A DNA stretch of 42,608 nucleotides, taken from positions 1-42,608 of the IMG/VR virus record IMGVR_UViG_3300006164_001685; one strand, written 5' to 3'. The translations under genes were made by a program, and so were the position numbers. Shown here one piece after another: positions 1 to 9,101 of the stretch. The notes under the pieces are model-generated. The model saw nothing but the letters and a program-made list of their open reading frames with translations. It did no database searches and was not told where the DNA came from. This stretch comes from a virus (taxonomy: Duplodnaviria; Caudoviricetes). How positions within the stretch are numbered: position 1 is the first letter of the stretch; each line of letters opens with the position of its first letter.

Positions 1-840
1 AAATTAGATATATATGCAATGCTCCATGCACAATCGGTTGATGAATATGATTTTACTTATCCTATGAAATCTTGGATGCGAGGTTTTGAGTTAGGCTTAG
101 ATAAGCGAATGACTGGTATATTTGTAGGATCATCTATTCATAAAGATCAATTACGAAATGCTGGATTTGAATCTCCTATACATGTAGTTTCGTTACCAAT
201 TGATAAACAAGCTACATTAGATAAACTACCCAATTATGATCCAAATCTAGATCGTGAAAAAATTGTTGTTTCATCTAGTAGATTAGATAAAGAAAAAAAT
301 CCATATTTTATGATGAATGTAGCTCGAGAATTTCTTAAAACACATCCGGATTGGGAATGGCACGTGACAACATCAGGATCTGAATTTAAATCCATGTTGC
401 CAGGAGTTATAGAAAGTCTTAATAAATTAGCAGCTGAGAATAAAAGGTTTAAGTTACTAAGTAATCTAACAAAAAAAGAATATTATACGGAACTATCAAT
501 TTGTTCTATACAATTTAATACAGCTTTACAAGATTATGTATCATGGACTGTTATAGAAGCAACTATATTTGGAGCTGATATAGTATATCCAAATTTTAGA
601 TCTTTTCCAGAATTTATAGATAATGATAGATTATATAAAGCATTTGATTTAAATGATGCATTAATAATATTAGATAATGCAATAAGTTCTCCTAAAACAC
701 ATCCATTAATTGGAGATATATCTAATCTAGGTAGAGAAATGGAAGCTTATATAGTATCAAATAAAATTGAAAACGAAATAAATGTGTGGCACGAACAAGA
801 ATATTGCTTACACTTATTAAATAAAGAGGAAGAAAAATGA
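1..840 (+). CDS. GT-B (GT4-like) glycosyltransferase, 5'-truncated by window edge
   Basis: Frame is open from base 1 (KLDIYAM...). SSRLDKEKNP and the QDYVSWTVIEATIFGADIVYP segment match the GT4 donor-binding C-terminal domain pattern. Confidence 0.7.
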   Translation, partial: KLDIYAMLHAQSVDEYDFTYPMKSWMRGFELGLDKRMTGIFVGSSIHKDQLRNAGFESPIHVVSLPIDKQATLDKLPNYDPNLDREKIVVSSSRLDKEKNPYFMMNVAREFLKTHPDWEWHVTTSGSEFKSMLPGVIESLNKLAAENKRFKLLSNLTKKEYYTELSICSIQFNTALQDYVSWTVIEATIFGADIVYPNFRSFPEFIDNDRLYKAFDLNDALIILDNAISSPKTHPLIGDISNLGREMEAYIVSNKIENEINVWHEQEYCLHLLNKEEEK

Positions 841-1019
841 AAATTGATAAAAACGGTATTGAACAAATACAAAACACAATCAACACTCCATTTCAAACTT
901 TAGCAGAACAGCTAAGTGAAAAAGGATGTTTAGATAAAGAATCGTCAGAAATAGTAACATTTATATTTGAGCAACTAGCTAAAATTGGCGAACCTGCTGA
1001 ATGGAATATTATAGATTAA
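837..1019 (+). CDS. hypothetical protein (60 aa)
   Basis: ATGA overlap with upstream stop, GAGGA SD at 826-830, fills the gap between two genes. Confidence 0.65.
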   Translation: MKIDKNGIEQIQNTINTPFQTLAEQLSEKGCLDKESSEIVTFIFEQLAKIGEPAEWNIID

Positions 1020-1023
1020 TATA

Positions 1024-2274
1024 ATGGATAAAAATTTTATATATTATCCATCATTATCTGCAGGTAGTATGGTGTCTGCATTCAAGAAGAATACAAAATT
1101 TGAAGATGGAGTTACAACAAGATTCTTTTCAAAAGAGTATCCAAAAGAATGGAGACATCCATATTTCTTAATTACCGCTGGCCATCATTTTAAGAAGATG
1201 GATTTTCGAGATCAAATGGGACTAGATGATGAGGTATTAGTATTTGGAGATTCAGGCGGATTCCAAATAGCAACTGGTGCGTTAAAATGGGATAGCACAA
1301 TTCGTGAAAGAATCTTTGAATGGCTAGAACATAATTCTGATGTAGCAGCTAACTTAGATATACCACCTAGAGCAAAGTATGAAAATAGATTTGCCGAGTC
1401 AATGGATATTAGCTTTGATAATTTTAAATATTTTGAATCTAAACAAACTGGCAAGACAGACTTTTTAAATGTTATACAAGGTACGTATCATGAAGAATAT
1501 GAACAATGGTATCATAAGTTTAAAGACTTTGCATTTAATGGCTGGTGTATTGGAGGTCCTAAAAAATTAGTAGATTTTATGTATGTTATAGCATTAATGC
1601 TTAAAGAACGAGAATTTGAAAAGAATCATATAAAATATATACATTTACTAGGAATATCAAAAATATCAGACTTTTTTATACTAGCAACATTACAAAAGTT
1701 AATTAATAAGTTAACTGATAATAGAGTATTATTTTCAACTGATTCTAGCTCACCAGGACAATATCCAGTCTTTGGAACATATCTTCATTCTGGAAATTAT
1801 AAGACACAAACATTTACTGAATTATATTTTCCTAAGAATAATGAATATAGAAGAAAAAAGCATGCAAATATGGCAAATCCTATAGTTAATATTGACACTA
1901 GTAAACATGTACCATGCAGCTTAGGATGTCCTGCATGTAATGACTTTACATATGATTATTTAGGAGGTCAGACAGCAAAAGGCTTAGATAGATATAGTCA
2001 AGAAGGTATGCCAAGAATGGTTATACATAATACACATTTATATGTAGATATTGCAAAAGATGTTAGTAAACTAGTAAATAATCATGTTGAATTATTAGAA
2101 ACAGCAATTCCAAAAGACTTATATGATGTTATATTGTCATTACATTCAATGTTTGACGATCCTGACAATGCAATGAATGTGTATGCAACATACAAGAAAA
2201 CATATAAGAAATTTGGTGGTGATAGTATATCAACTACTGATGCAAATCAATTTAATAAATTTTTTAAAACATAA
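1024..2274 (+). CDS. TGT/DpdA-family guanine transglycosylase (putative 7-deazaguanine DNA base-exchange enzyme)
   Basis: Full TGT motif set: DSGGFQ, LDIPP, VIQG, IGG, HLLG, second catalytic Asp in STDSSSP, Zn site CSLGCPAC...HN. Confidence 0.8.
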   Translation: MDKNFIYYPSLSAGSMVSAFKKNTKFEDGVTTRFFSKEYPKEWRHPYFLITAGHHFKKMDFRDQMGLDDEVLVFGDSGGFQIATGALKWDSTIRERIFEWLEHNSDVAANLDIPPRAKYENRFAESMDISFDNFKYFESKQTGKTDFLNVIQGTYHEEYEQWYHKFKDFAFNGWCIGGPKKLVDFMYVIALMLKEREFEKNHIKYIHLLGISKISDFFILATLQKLINKLTDNRVLFSTDSSSPGQYPVFGTYLHSGNYKTQTFTELYFPKNNEYRRKKHANMANPIVNIDTSKHVPCSLGCPACNDFTYDYLGGQTAKGLDRYSQEGMPRMVIHNTHLYVDIAKDVSKLVNNHVELLETAIPKDLYDVILSLHSMFDDPDNAMNVYATYKKTYKKFGGDSISTTDANQFNKFFKT

Positions 2275-2285
2275 AAGGTAAAACA

Positions 2286-2993
2286 ATGGAAAAAAGTAAA
2301 TTACAATCGTTTATAAACAGATATTATTTAGCAGGCAACTGTGAAGCTGTAACTGTTAAAGCAAATGAAGAATCTATTAATTGTGAATTAATAGACATAG
2401 ATCAAACCGTAGTAGGTAAAGTTAAATGGAAAACAGATCCATTTATGCAAGGTGAATTAGGTATTAATCATACAGGTGCATTAACAAAAATGTTATCGGC
2501 AGTAGGAGAAAAAATTGATATTGAAGTTAATGACTCTCAAGGCAAAAATTATGCAATGAAAATAAAAGAAGGAAGTACAACAATGACTTTTATGTTAGCT
2601 GATACATCTGTTATACCAGCAGTTCCGACAATTAACGCCGAGCCAGAATATGAAGTTACAATTGATATAGATGAATTATTTATCAATAAGTTTATCAAAG
2701 CAAAAAATGCTTTACCGGATGCAAATAATTTTGCAGTACAAGTTCAGAATGGTAAAATTAAATTTATAATTAATTATACAACTATTAATTCTGATAATGT
2801 AACATTTGAAATTGATGGTACTGCAAATGATTTAGATGCTATATGCTTTTCAGCTGATAAACTAAAAGAAGTATTAACTGCTAATAAAGGCGATAAAGGT
2901 ACAATGCATATATCATCAAATGGATTAGCAAGAATAGACTTTACAGGTACAGATTTTGAATCAAATTATTGGTTAGTTCAATTACAAAATTAA
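2286..2993 (+). CDS. DNA polymerase sliding clamp (T4 gp45/PCNA-like)
   Basis: 235 aa acidic beta-rich protein with clamp-like two-domain pattern, C-terminal YWLV, next to both clamp-loader subunits. Confidence 0.7.
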   Translation: MEKSKLQSFINRYYLAGNCEAVTVKANEESINCELIDIDQTVVGKVKWKTDPFMQGELGINHTGALTKMLSAVGEKIDIEVNDSQGKNYAMKIKEGSTTMTFMLADTSVIPAVPTINAEPEYEVTIDIDELFINKFIKAKNALPDANNFAVQVQNGKIKFIINYTTINSDNVTFEIDGTANDLDAICFSADKLKEVLTANKGDKGTMHISSNGLARIDFTGTDFESNYWLVQLQN

Positions 2994-2995
2994 GT

Positions 2996-3424
2996 ATGGA
3001 AGTACGAGTTATAAATAAATCAGATAACGATCTTCCTAGCTATGAAACGGTAGGAAGTGCTGGATGTGATGTAAGATCAACCCATGGAGCAATTATAGGT
3101 CCTGGATTGAGTACACTAATTAAAACCGGATTATATGTTGAAATACCATTAGGGTACGAAATACAAGTTAGACCAAGAAGTGGATTAGCATATAAAAAAC
3201 AAATAACAGTTTTAAACTCTCCTGGAACTATAGATGCAGATTATAGAGGAGAAATTGGAGTAATTATAATTAATCATGGATTATCAAAAGTTACTTTAGA
3301 AAAAGGTGACCGAATAGGACAATTAGTATTAAATAAAGTTGAACAAATAAAATGGAATTCAGTATTAGCATTAGCTGACACTACTAGAGGTTCTGGGGGA
3401 TTTGGGTCAACAGGAAAAAAATAA
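2996..3424 (+). CDS. dut: trimeric dUTPase
   Basis: Motifs AGCD, RPRSGLA, GTIDADYRGE, GQL, RGSGGFGSTG. Start moved to ATG 2996, just after the clamp stop. Confidence 0.95.
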   Translation: MEVRVINKSDNDLPSYETVGSAGCDVRSTHGAIIGPGLSTLIKTGLYVEIPLGYEIQVRPRSGLAYKKQITVLNSPGTIDADYRGEIGVIIINHGLSKVTLEKGDRIGQLVLNKVEQIKWNSVLALADTTRGSGGFGSTGKK

Positions 3425-3427
3425 ATT

Positions 3428-4354
3428 ATGTTTGGAGTAACAGAAAATACACTTTGGGTAGAAGCATTTAGACCTAATACATTAGATGGATATATTGGTA
3501 ATGAACATATTATTGACAAAGTCAAAATATTCATTGAAAATGGAGATGTTCCACATCTATTATTTTATGGCGGTGCAGGAACAGGTAAAACCACACTAGC
3601 TAAAATTATTACAAATCAAATTGAGTGTGACGTTATGTATATAAACGCATCTGATGAAAACTCAGTAGACGCCGTAAGAGATAAAATAAAAAGATATGCA
3701 TCGTCAGTAGGATTTAAGAGATGGAAAATTGTTATACTAGATGAAGCTGACTATCTTACCCCAAATGCACAAGCAGCACTGCGTAATTTAATGGAAACTT
3801 ATAGTAGGACTACTAGATTTATATTAACATGTAATTATGTTGAAAAAATTATAGATCCAATACAAAGTAGATGTCAGACATTTGGAATAACGCCTCCTAG
3901 TAAAAAAGATGTAGCTCAGCGATTAGTTACAGTATTAGAAGAAAAACAAATAGAATATGATATTAAAGATATTGCTGCTATTATTAACTCATCATATCCA
4001 GATATACGTAGAGCTATTAATGCTGCGCAAAGTCATGTAGTTAAAGGCAAATTAGTATTAGACAAAAATAGTGTAGTACAAGCTAATTATATGACTGAAT
4101 TATTAAATATTTTAAAAAATATTAAAGATAAAAAAGAATCATTTAAACAACTAAGACAACTCATTGCAGACAGTAAAGTAAAAGATTTTACTCCATTATA
4201 TACATTTTTATATGATAATTTAGATGAATTTGCTACTGGTAGTATAGCATCTTGTATATTAATTATAGCAGAATCACAATATACTGATACAAATGTTGTA
4301 GATAAAGAAATTAATATAATGGCCATGTTTGTAAAATTAATGAATGAATTATAA
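3428..4354 (+). CDS. clamp loader AAA+ subunit (T4 gp44/RFC small subunit-like)
   Basis: LWVEAFRP, Walker A GGAGTGKTT, INASDE, Walker B LDEAD, SRC arginine finger. Confidence 0.92.
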   Translation: MFGVTENTLWVEAFRPNTLDGYIGNEHIIDKVKIFIENGDVPHLLFYGGAGTGKTTLAKIITNQIECDVMYINASDENSVDAVRDKIKRYASSVGFKRWKIVILDEADYLTPNAQAALRNLMETYSRTTRFILTCNYVEKIIDPIQSRCQTFGITPPSKKDVAQRLVTVLEEKQIEYDIKDIAAIINSSYPDIRRAINAAQSHVVKGKLVLDKNSVVQANYMTELLNILKNIKDKKESFKQLRQLIADSKVKDFTPLYTFLYDNLDEFATGSIASCILIIAESQYTDTNVVDKEINIMAMFVKLMNEL

Positions 4355-4363
4355 AGTAACATT

Positions 4364-4576
4364 ATGAATCAAAGTAATACAACTATTAGTCCAAAAGACT
4401 TAAAACCAATGATATGTACAGAATGCACCGGAATGTATTTTCGACAAGTAACGTGTATTAATAAAGTATCTAGATTTTTAACCGGTCAGGATAAAGACAC
4501 AGTATATCCAGTACCAGTATTTAGATGTGATGATTGTGGACATGTTCCAGAAGAATTTCAACCAGAGGTAAAATAA
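4364..4576 (+). CDS. small zinc-ribbon protein
   Basis: CTEC...CDDCGH pair of CxxC motifs. Confidence 0.7.
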   Translation: MNQSNTTISPKDLKPMICTECTGMYFRQVTCINKVSRFLTGQDKDTVYPVPVFRCDDCGHVPEEFQPEVK

Positions 4577-4788
4577 TGGGAACTCCGTATATAAAAAGTC
4601 CTGTTATTTTAGTATTTAAAACTTCTAATAGAAAAAATGCTAAAACTAAAATGAAAATTTTTAAAAACAAAAATGTTGATGTTGTTAATGAAAAGAAAAT
4701 GCCAGGAGTACCTGCAAATGCTGTAGTATTAGAATTAGCAGTTGGCGAATCATTTATTGACATATATAAACACAAATATAAACTATGA
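4576..4788 (+). CDS. hypothetical basic protein (70 aa)
   Basis: TAATG overlap with upstream stop and GAGGT SD at 4565-4569 favour ATG 4576 over 4534. Confidence 0.65.
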   Translation: MGTPYIKSPVILVFKTSNRKNAKTKMKIFKNKNVDVVNEKKMPGVPANAVVLELAVGESFIDIYKHKYKL

Positions 4789-5225
4789 CAAAGAAACCTG
4801 CAACTATCTTCGATTTTATGAATGGAATGACACATCAAAAGAAAGAATGGTCTAAATACACAGATCTAGATCAAAAAAAGTTCGCCCCTTTTATTGTGAA
4901 TAGGTGGTTATCAATGAGAATGGAACTAATTGAAGTAATTAATCAGTTACAGAAATATACAATTGGGTTATTATCACCTAGAGATACTTATCGTCTCTAT
5001 CACGGCCTATTACCGGCCCAGAGAACCTTTGCTAAGTACATTAAAGGAAAAAAGGAAGATAAGTACGATACTCAGTTAGTTTCACAAATTGCAGACCACT
5101 ACCTAGTAAGTAAAATGGAAGCCATTGATTATATTGAATTAATGTCTAAAGATAGTTGCAGTACTTTGTTATCTTTATATGGATATACAGAAAAAGAAAT
5201 TAAAAAAATGCTAAAAGGTAAATAA
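4785..5225 (+). CDS. clamp loader small subunit (T4 gp62-like)
   Basis: FAPFIVNRWLS motif, size and position near the gp44-like gene. Confidence 0.7.
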   Translation: MTKKPATIFDFMNGMTHQKKEWSKYTDLDQKKFAPFIVNRWLSMRMELIEVINQLQKYTIGLLSPRDTYRLYHGLLPAQRTFAKYIKGKKEDKYDTQLVSQIADHYLVSKMEAIDYIELMSKDSCSTLLSLYGYTEKEIKKMLKGK

Positions 5226-5231
5226 TAGATT

Positions 5232-5345
5232 ATGAAATTTGAAAAAACAATAACAGAATCAGTAGATATTCATTATGATTTTATTGACAATTCAGACAAA
5301 TTAATTGAAATTTATCGAGTTGAATATTTGGATCAATCCAAATAA
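5232..5345 (+). CDS. possible small acidic protein (37 aa, MKFEKTITESVDIHYDF...)
   Basis: Open frame filling the otherwise empty gap; below the ORF-track cutoff; no homology evidence. Confidence 0.4.
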   Translation: MKFEKTITESVDIHYDFIDNSDKLIEIYRVEYLDQSK

Positions 5346-5356
5346 TTTCTTATAAT
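5328..5356 (+). promoter_or_regulatory. class I promoter-like motif TTGGAT-N17-TATAAT
   Basis: One of four identically spaced copies; 16 nt upstream of ATG 5373; lies within inverted repeat 5325-5344. Confidence 0.65.
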
Positions 5357-5372
5357 ATAATAAAAAAAGAAT

Positions 5373-5945
5373 ATGGCAAATAACGTATATACACTTGTAA
5401 CTATCGAGTCTTCAAAAAACGTAATAAAAGAATTCTCAGATAAGATTATTACGCCGGAAGTAGAAAAAGCCAATTGGAGTCAAAAGTCGACTATAATAGC
5501 AGAAAATTTATTTAAATTAATATATGACAATTATCCTGCAGAATATTCAAGAGAATGGATGACAGAAAATTTAGGAGCTAAATGGTGTTTTGTTCATGAC
5601 TGGCAACTTGACGATGATACTATTGATTTAACATTTGATTCTGCTTGGTACCCACCAGATGAGTTATTTCATAAATTAGCTGAATACTTTAAACAGTTTG
5701 GCGATTTTGAAATGGAGGCTAGAAGTGAAGACGAAGCATATCAAAATGTCTCGGGTGGATATGCAAATCAAAACGGATCTGAATTTCTTGTAGAAGACGA
5801 GGATATACCACCATATCCAGATGATGAAGATTTTGACTCTCAAGAAGATCATGATGAAGCAATTGAAGAATTTTATGATAAGATTGCCGATATGAAAGAC
5901 GAGCTACTTAATGAGTGTAAAGAAAACTTAGCATTATATCCATAA
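5373..5945 (+). CDS. YubB/DUF1281 ferredoxin-like domain protein
   Basis: WMTENLGAKW and LTFDSAWYPP match the W..NWGTKW / F.TAW.PP family pattern; acidic tail. Confidence 0.6.
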   Translation: MANNVYTLVTIESSKNVIKEFSDKIITPEVEKANWSQKSTIIAENLFKLIYDNYPAEYSREWMTENLGAKWCFVHDWQLDDDTIDLTFDSAWYPPDELFHKLAEYFKQFGDFEMEARSEDEAYQNVSGGYANQNGSEFLVEDEDIPPYPDDEDFDSQEDHDEAIEEFYDKIADMKDELLNECKENLALYP

Positions 5946-5946
5946 T

Positions 5947-6900
5947 ATGAAAAACGGTTACATAAATCCCATATATAAATTATCATTAAATGATGTATCA
6001 AAAGTTCCTGCTAAGATATCTTATTCTCAATGGTCAATGTTTTCAAAATGTCCTAAACAATGGAAATTATCGTATATTGATAAATTAGCTCCATTTACTC
6101 ATAATATTGCAACGTGTTTTGGTACAGCTTTTCATGAAACATTACAAGAATACTTAACAGTAATGTATACAAAATCTGTTAAGGTTGCTGATCAAATAGA
6201 TCTGCGTGATATGTTATTAGAATGTTTGAAACAAGAATATATAAAAGGAGTTGCAGCTAATAATGGGAAACACTTTTCTACGCCAGTCGAATTAGCAGAA
6301 CATTTAGACGACGGAGTACAAATACTAGAATGGTTCAAAAAAAGAAGAGCTCAATATTTTTCTACTAAAAATATGGAACTAGTTGGTATAGAAGTAGAAT
6401 TAGGTATTCCAGCATCATCAGTTAATAAAAATGTTTATTGGTATGGATTTATAGATATAGTAGTTAGAGATACTGTATTAAATAAAATAAAAATATTAGA
6501 TATTAAAACTAGCCGAATGGGTTGGAATAAATGGCAGAAAGCTGATAAGCTAAAGGCAGCACAATTAGTTGCATATAAAAAATATTTTTCTGATCAATTT
6601 GGAACTCCAATAGACAATATTGATATTGAATTCTTTATAGTAAAACGAAAGTTATTAGAAGAATCAATGTTCCCACAAAGACGTATACAAATACTTAATC
6701 CTGCTTCTGGGTCAGTTACTAGAAAAAAGATTCAACGTGATATAGACTCATTTATAGAATTTTGTTTTGATGAAAATGGCAAGAAGCGAGTAGAACAAAA
6801 TTATCTATCTATTGCTGGAAAAGGATCTAAACATTGTAAGTGGTGTCCATTTAAGATGGATTATGATAATTGTCCCAAAGAAGATAGGATTCGTCAATAA
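5947..6900 (+). CDS. PD-(D/E)XK exonuclease, Cas4/RecB-like
   Basis: ISYSQ...CP, GTAFHE, GFID, DIKT, QLxAY, C-terminal CKWC...C (four-Cys Fe-S staple pattern). Confidence 0.85.
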   Translation: MKNGYINPIYKLSLNDVSKVPAKISYSQWSMFSKCPKQWKLSYIDKLAPFTHNIATCFGTAFHETLQEYLTVMYTKSVKVADQIDLRDMLLECLKQEYIKGVAANNGKHFSTPVELAEHLDDGVQILEWFKKRRAQYFSTKNMELVGIEVELGIPASSVNKNVYWYGFIDIVVRDTVLNKIKILDIKTSRMGWNKWQKADKLKAAQLVAYKKYFSDQFGTPIDNIDIEFFIVKRKLLEESMFPQRRIQILNPASGSVTRKKIQRDIDSFIEFCFDENGKKRVEQNYLSIAGKGSKHCKWCPFKMDYDNCPKEDRIRQ

Positions 6901-6913
6901 TTTTTAATATAAT
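6885..6913 (+). promoter_or_regulatory. class I promoter-like motif TAGGAT-N17-TATAAT
   Basis: Exact 17-nt spacing; followed by AAGGA SD (6921-6925) and ATG 6931. Confidence 0.65.
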
Positions 6914-6930
6914 AAATAAAAAGGAAAAAT

Positions 6931-7179
6931 ATGAATGGATTATTATTAGACGCTTTATATGCAAAATATCATGCACAAAAAGCGGAAGCAGTAGCAAAAT
7001 TAGATGTTTATTTAAACAATTCGGTTGGAATAGGAGAACATCCAGATTTAGTTTCAGAAATTGATAAGTTTATAGAAAAGTTTGCAGATGCACAAGGTAA
7101 GTTAGATTCATTAAAAATGATGTTAGCACATACCGCAGATTCTAAAAACTTAAAAACAAAAACAGTTATTAAAGGATAA
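6931..7179 (+). CDS. conserved T4-like phage hypothetical protein
   Basis: YLNNSVGIGEHPD motif recalled from marine T4-like phage proteins; helical hairpin pattern; SD present. Confidence 0.7.
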   Translation: MNGLLLDALYAKYHAQKAEAVAKLDVYLNNSVGIGEHPDLVSEIDKFIEKFADAQGKLDSLKMMLAHTADSKNLKTKTVIKG

Positions 7180-7581
7180 ATGAAAATTGCTGTTATTGGA
7201 AATAAAGAATGGCAAAATAAAAGAAAAGTACAACAAGTACTCTCAGAATTAAAACAAAAATTTAAACAAGAATTAATTATTGTATCTGGCGGAGGTTCTG
7301 AAGGAGCTAATCATATGATTAAAAAATTTGCATTAGAATTTGGTATAACATATCAAGAATATAATCCATCATATACAGGAAGAAATTTATATTCAATGTT
7401 GCCAGAATCATATTATGGAAAAAAATATCATTTTTCACAATTATTACATAGAATGAGAATATTAGCAGAAAATTGTGATTATATGATTATATTAAATAAT
7501 GAACATGAGATGAATCCCCAATTACAAACAGCGTATAGTAAAATACAAAAATTAAATAAGCCAGTAGTTATATTAGGTTAA
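7180..7581 (+). CDS. SLOG-superfamily (YspA/DUF2493-like) protein
   Basis: KIAVIG N-terminal strand, IVSGGGSEGA loop, terminal KPVVI strand. Confidence 0.65.
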   Translation: MKIAVIGNKEWQNKRKVQQVLSELKQKFKQELIIVSGGGSEGANHMIKKFALEFGITYQEYNPSYTGRNLYSMLPESYYGKKYHFSQLLHRMRILAENCDYMIILNNEHEMNPQLQTAYSKIQKLNKPVVILG

Positions 7582-7589
7582 TATTTATA
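7581..7589 (+). promoter_or_regulatory. class II (putative late) promoter motif ATATTTATA
   Basis: Intergenic, heads the glycan island; recurs at 29275, 36469, 40850 and 42261. Confidence 0.55.
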
Positions 7590-7610
7590 TAAAAGTTATA
7601 AAGGAAATTA

Positions 7611-9101
7611 ATGGAGTTACCAAAATTAAGAAAACTAGATCCTACAAAACCAAAAAAGAAAAAAATATTGTTATTATCAGATGATTTTAGATTACCATCT
7701 GGAATTGGAACAATATCAAAAGAAATTGTCTTAAACACTGTAAAACACTATGATTGGATCCAAGTAGGTGCTGCAGTAAATCATCCTGATGCCGGCAAGG
7801 CATTTGATCTATCTGCAGATGTACAAAAAGAATCTGGAGTCGAAGATGCAGATGTTAAGATCATACCATATAATGGGTATGGCGATAGAAATATATTATT
7901 TTCAATATTAAATAAAGAAAAACCAGACGCTATATTTCATTTTACCGATCCTAGATATTGGGGATGGTTATATCAATTAGAACATGAAATAAAAACAACA
8001 TACGGCACTCCAATTGTATATTATTCAATTTGGGACGATTTACCATATCCTATGTGGAATTCACCATTTTACGGTAGCTGTGACCTAATAATGGGAATTT
8101 CTAAACAATCTGATAATATACATCGAGAAGTGCTGGGACAGAACGGATATGGGGTGTATGATTATGATGTAGAAGATAATACAAAAACTCCTAATTTAGA
8201 ATGGGATGAAATTATTACTGGATTTGTTCCCCATGGATTAAATTCAGATAAATTTAAACCACTTCCCGAAGATGATGAATTGTATCAAAAAGCATATAAT
8301 GAAATTAAAGTTAAAAATAATATAGAATTTGTTGTTTTCTGGAATAATAGAAATATAAGAAGAAAACTTCCAGCTGATGTAATTCTAGCATTTAAACATT
8401 TTAGAAATAATTTACCAAAAGAACATCAAGATAAAGTTGGATTAGTTATGCACACTCAAATATCAGATAATAATGGTACAGACTTACGAGCAATTTGGGA
8501 GCATATAGCTCCAGAATGTAAAGTATTCTTTTCAGAAGCAAAAGTAGGAGCTGGCGATTTAAATGCAATGTATAATGTAGCAGATGTTACTATAAACATT
8601 GCATCCAATGAAGGTTGGGGACTAAGTAGCACTGAATCATTATTAGCAGGTACTCCTATTATTAATACTGTTACTGGTGGATTACAAGATCAATGTAGAT
8701 TTGAAGATGATAATGGCGAATGGATAACATTTGATGATACATTTTCAACTAATCATGAAGGAAAATACAAAAAGCATGGAAGTTGGGTAAAACCTGTATT
8801 TCCTTCTAATAGATCATTACAAGGATCTCCACAAACTCCATATATATTTGATGACAGAGTAAAATTTGAAGATGTTGGAAATGTAATTCATGAATGGTAT
8901 GATGTAATACCGGCTAAAAGAAAAGAATTTGGTCTAGCTGGCCGTGAATTTTGTTTACAAAATGGATTAACATCAAAACAAATGGCAGATAAAATGGTTG
9001 AAATGATGAATTTCTTATTTGATAATCCAAAAGAAAAAAGACCAAAATATACATTAAGTAAAGTAGAATTAGTAACATATAAAGAAATGGGTATAGTATG
9101 A
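7611..9101 (+). CDS. GT4-family glycosyltransferase
   Basis: NRNIRRK donor-binding loop and SNEGWGLSSTESLLAGTP (E-x7-E) motif. Confidence 0.88.
   Translation: MELPKLRKLDPTKPKKKKILLLSDDFRLPSGIGTISKEIVLNTVKHYDWIQVGAAVNHPDAGKAFDLSADVQKESGVEDADVKIIPYNGYGDRNILFSILNKEKPDAIFHFTDPRYWGWLYQLEHEIKTTYGTPIVYYSIWDDLPYPMWNSPFYGSCDLIMGISKQSDNIHREVLGQNGYGVYDYDVEDNTKTPNLEWDEIITGFVPHGLNSDKFKPLPEDDELYQKAYNEIKVKNNIEFVVFWNNRNIRRKLPADVILAFKHFRNNLPKEHQDKVGLVMHTQISDNNGTDLRAIWEHIAPECKVFFSEAKVGAGDLNAMYNVADVTINIASNEGWGLSSTESLLAGTPIINTVTGGLQDQCRFEDDNGEWITFDDTFSTNHEGKYKKHGSWVKPVFPSNRSLQGSPQTPYIFDDRVKFEDVGNVIHEWYDVIPAKRKEFGLAGREFCLQNGLTSKQMADKMVEMMNFLFDNPKEKRPKYTLSKVELVTYKEMGIV

Noticed and set aside
2286-5225. Archaeal or NCLDV origin suggested by PCNA/RFC-like genes
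   Set aside because: A peptidoglycan amidase, T9SS tail, gp62-like subunit and SD-led overlapping cistrons point to a bacteriophage.
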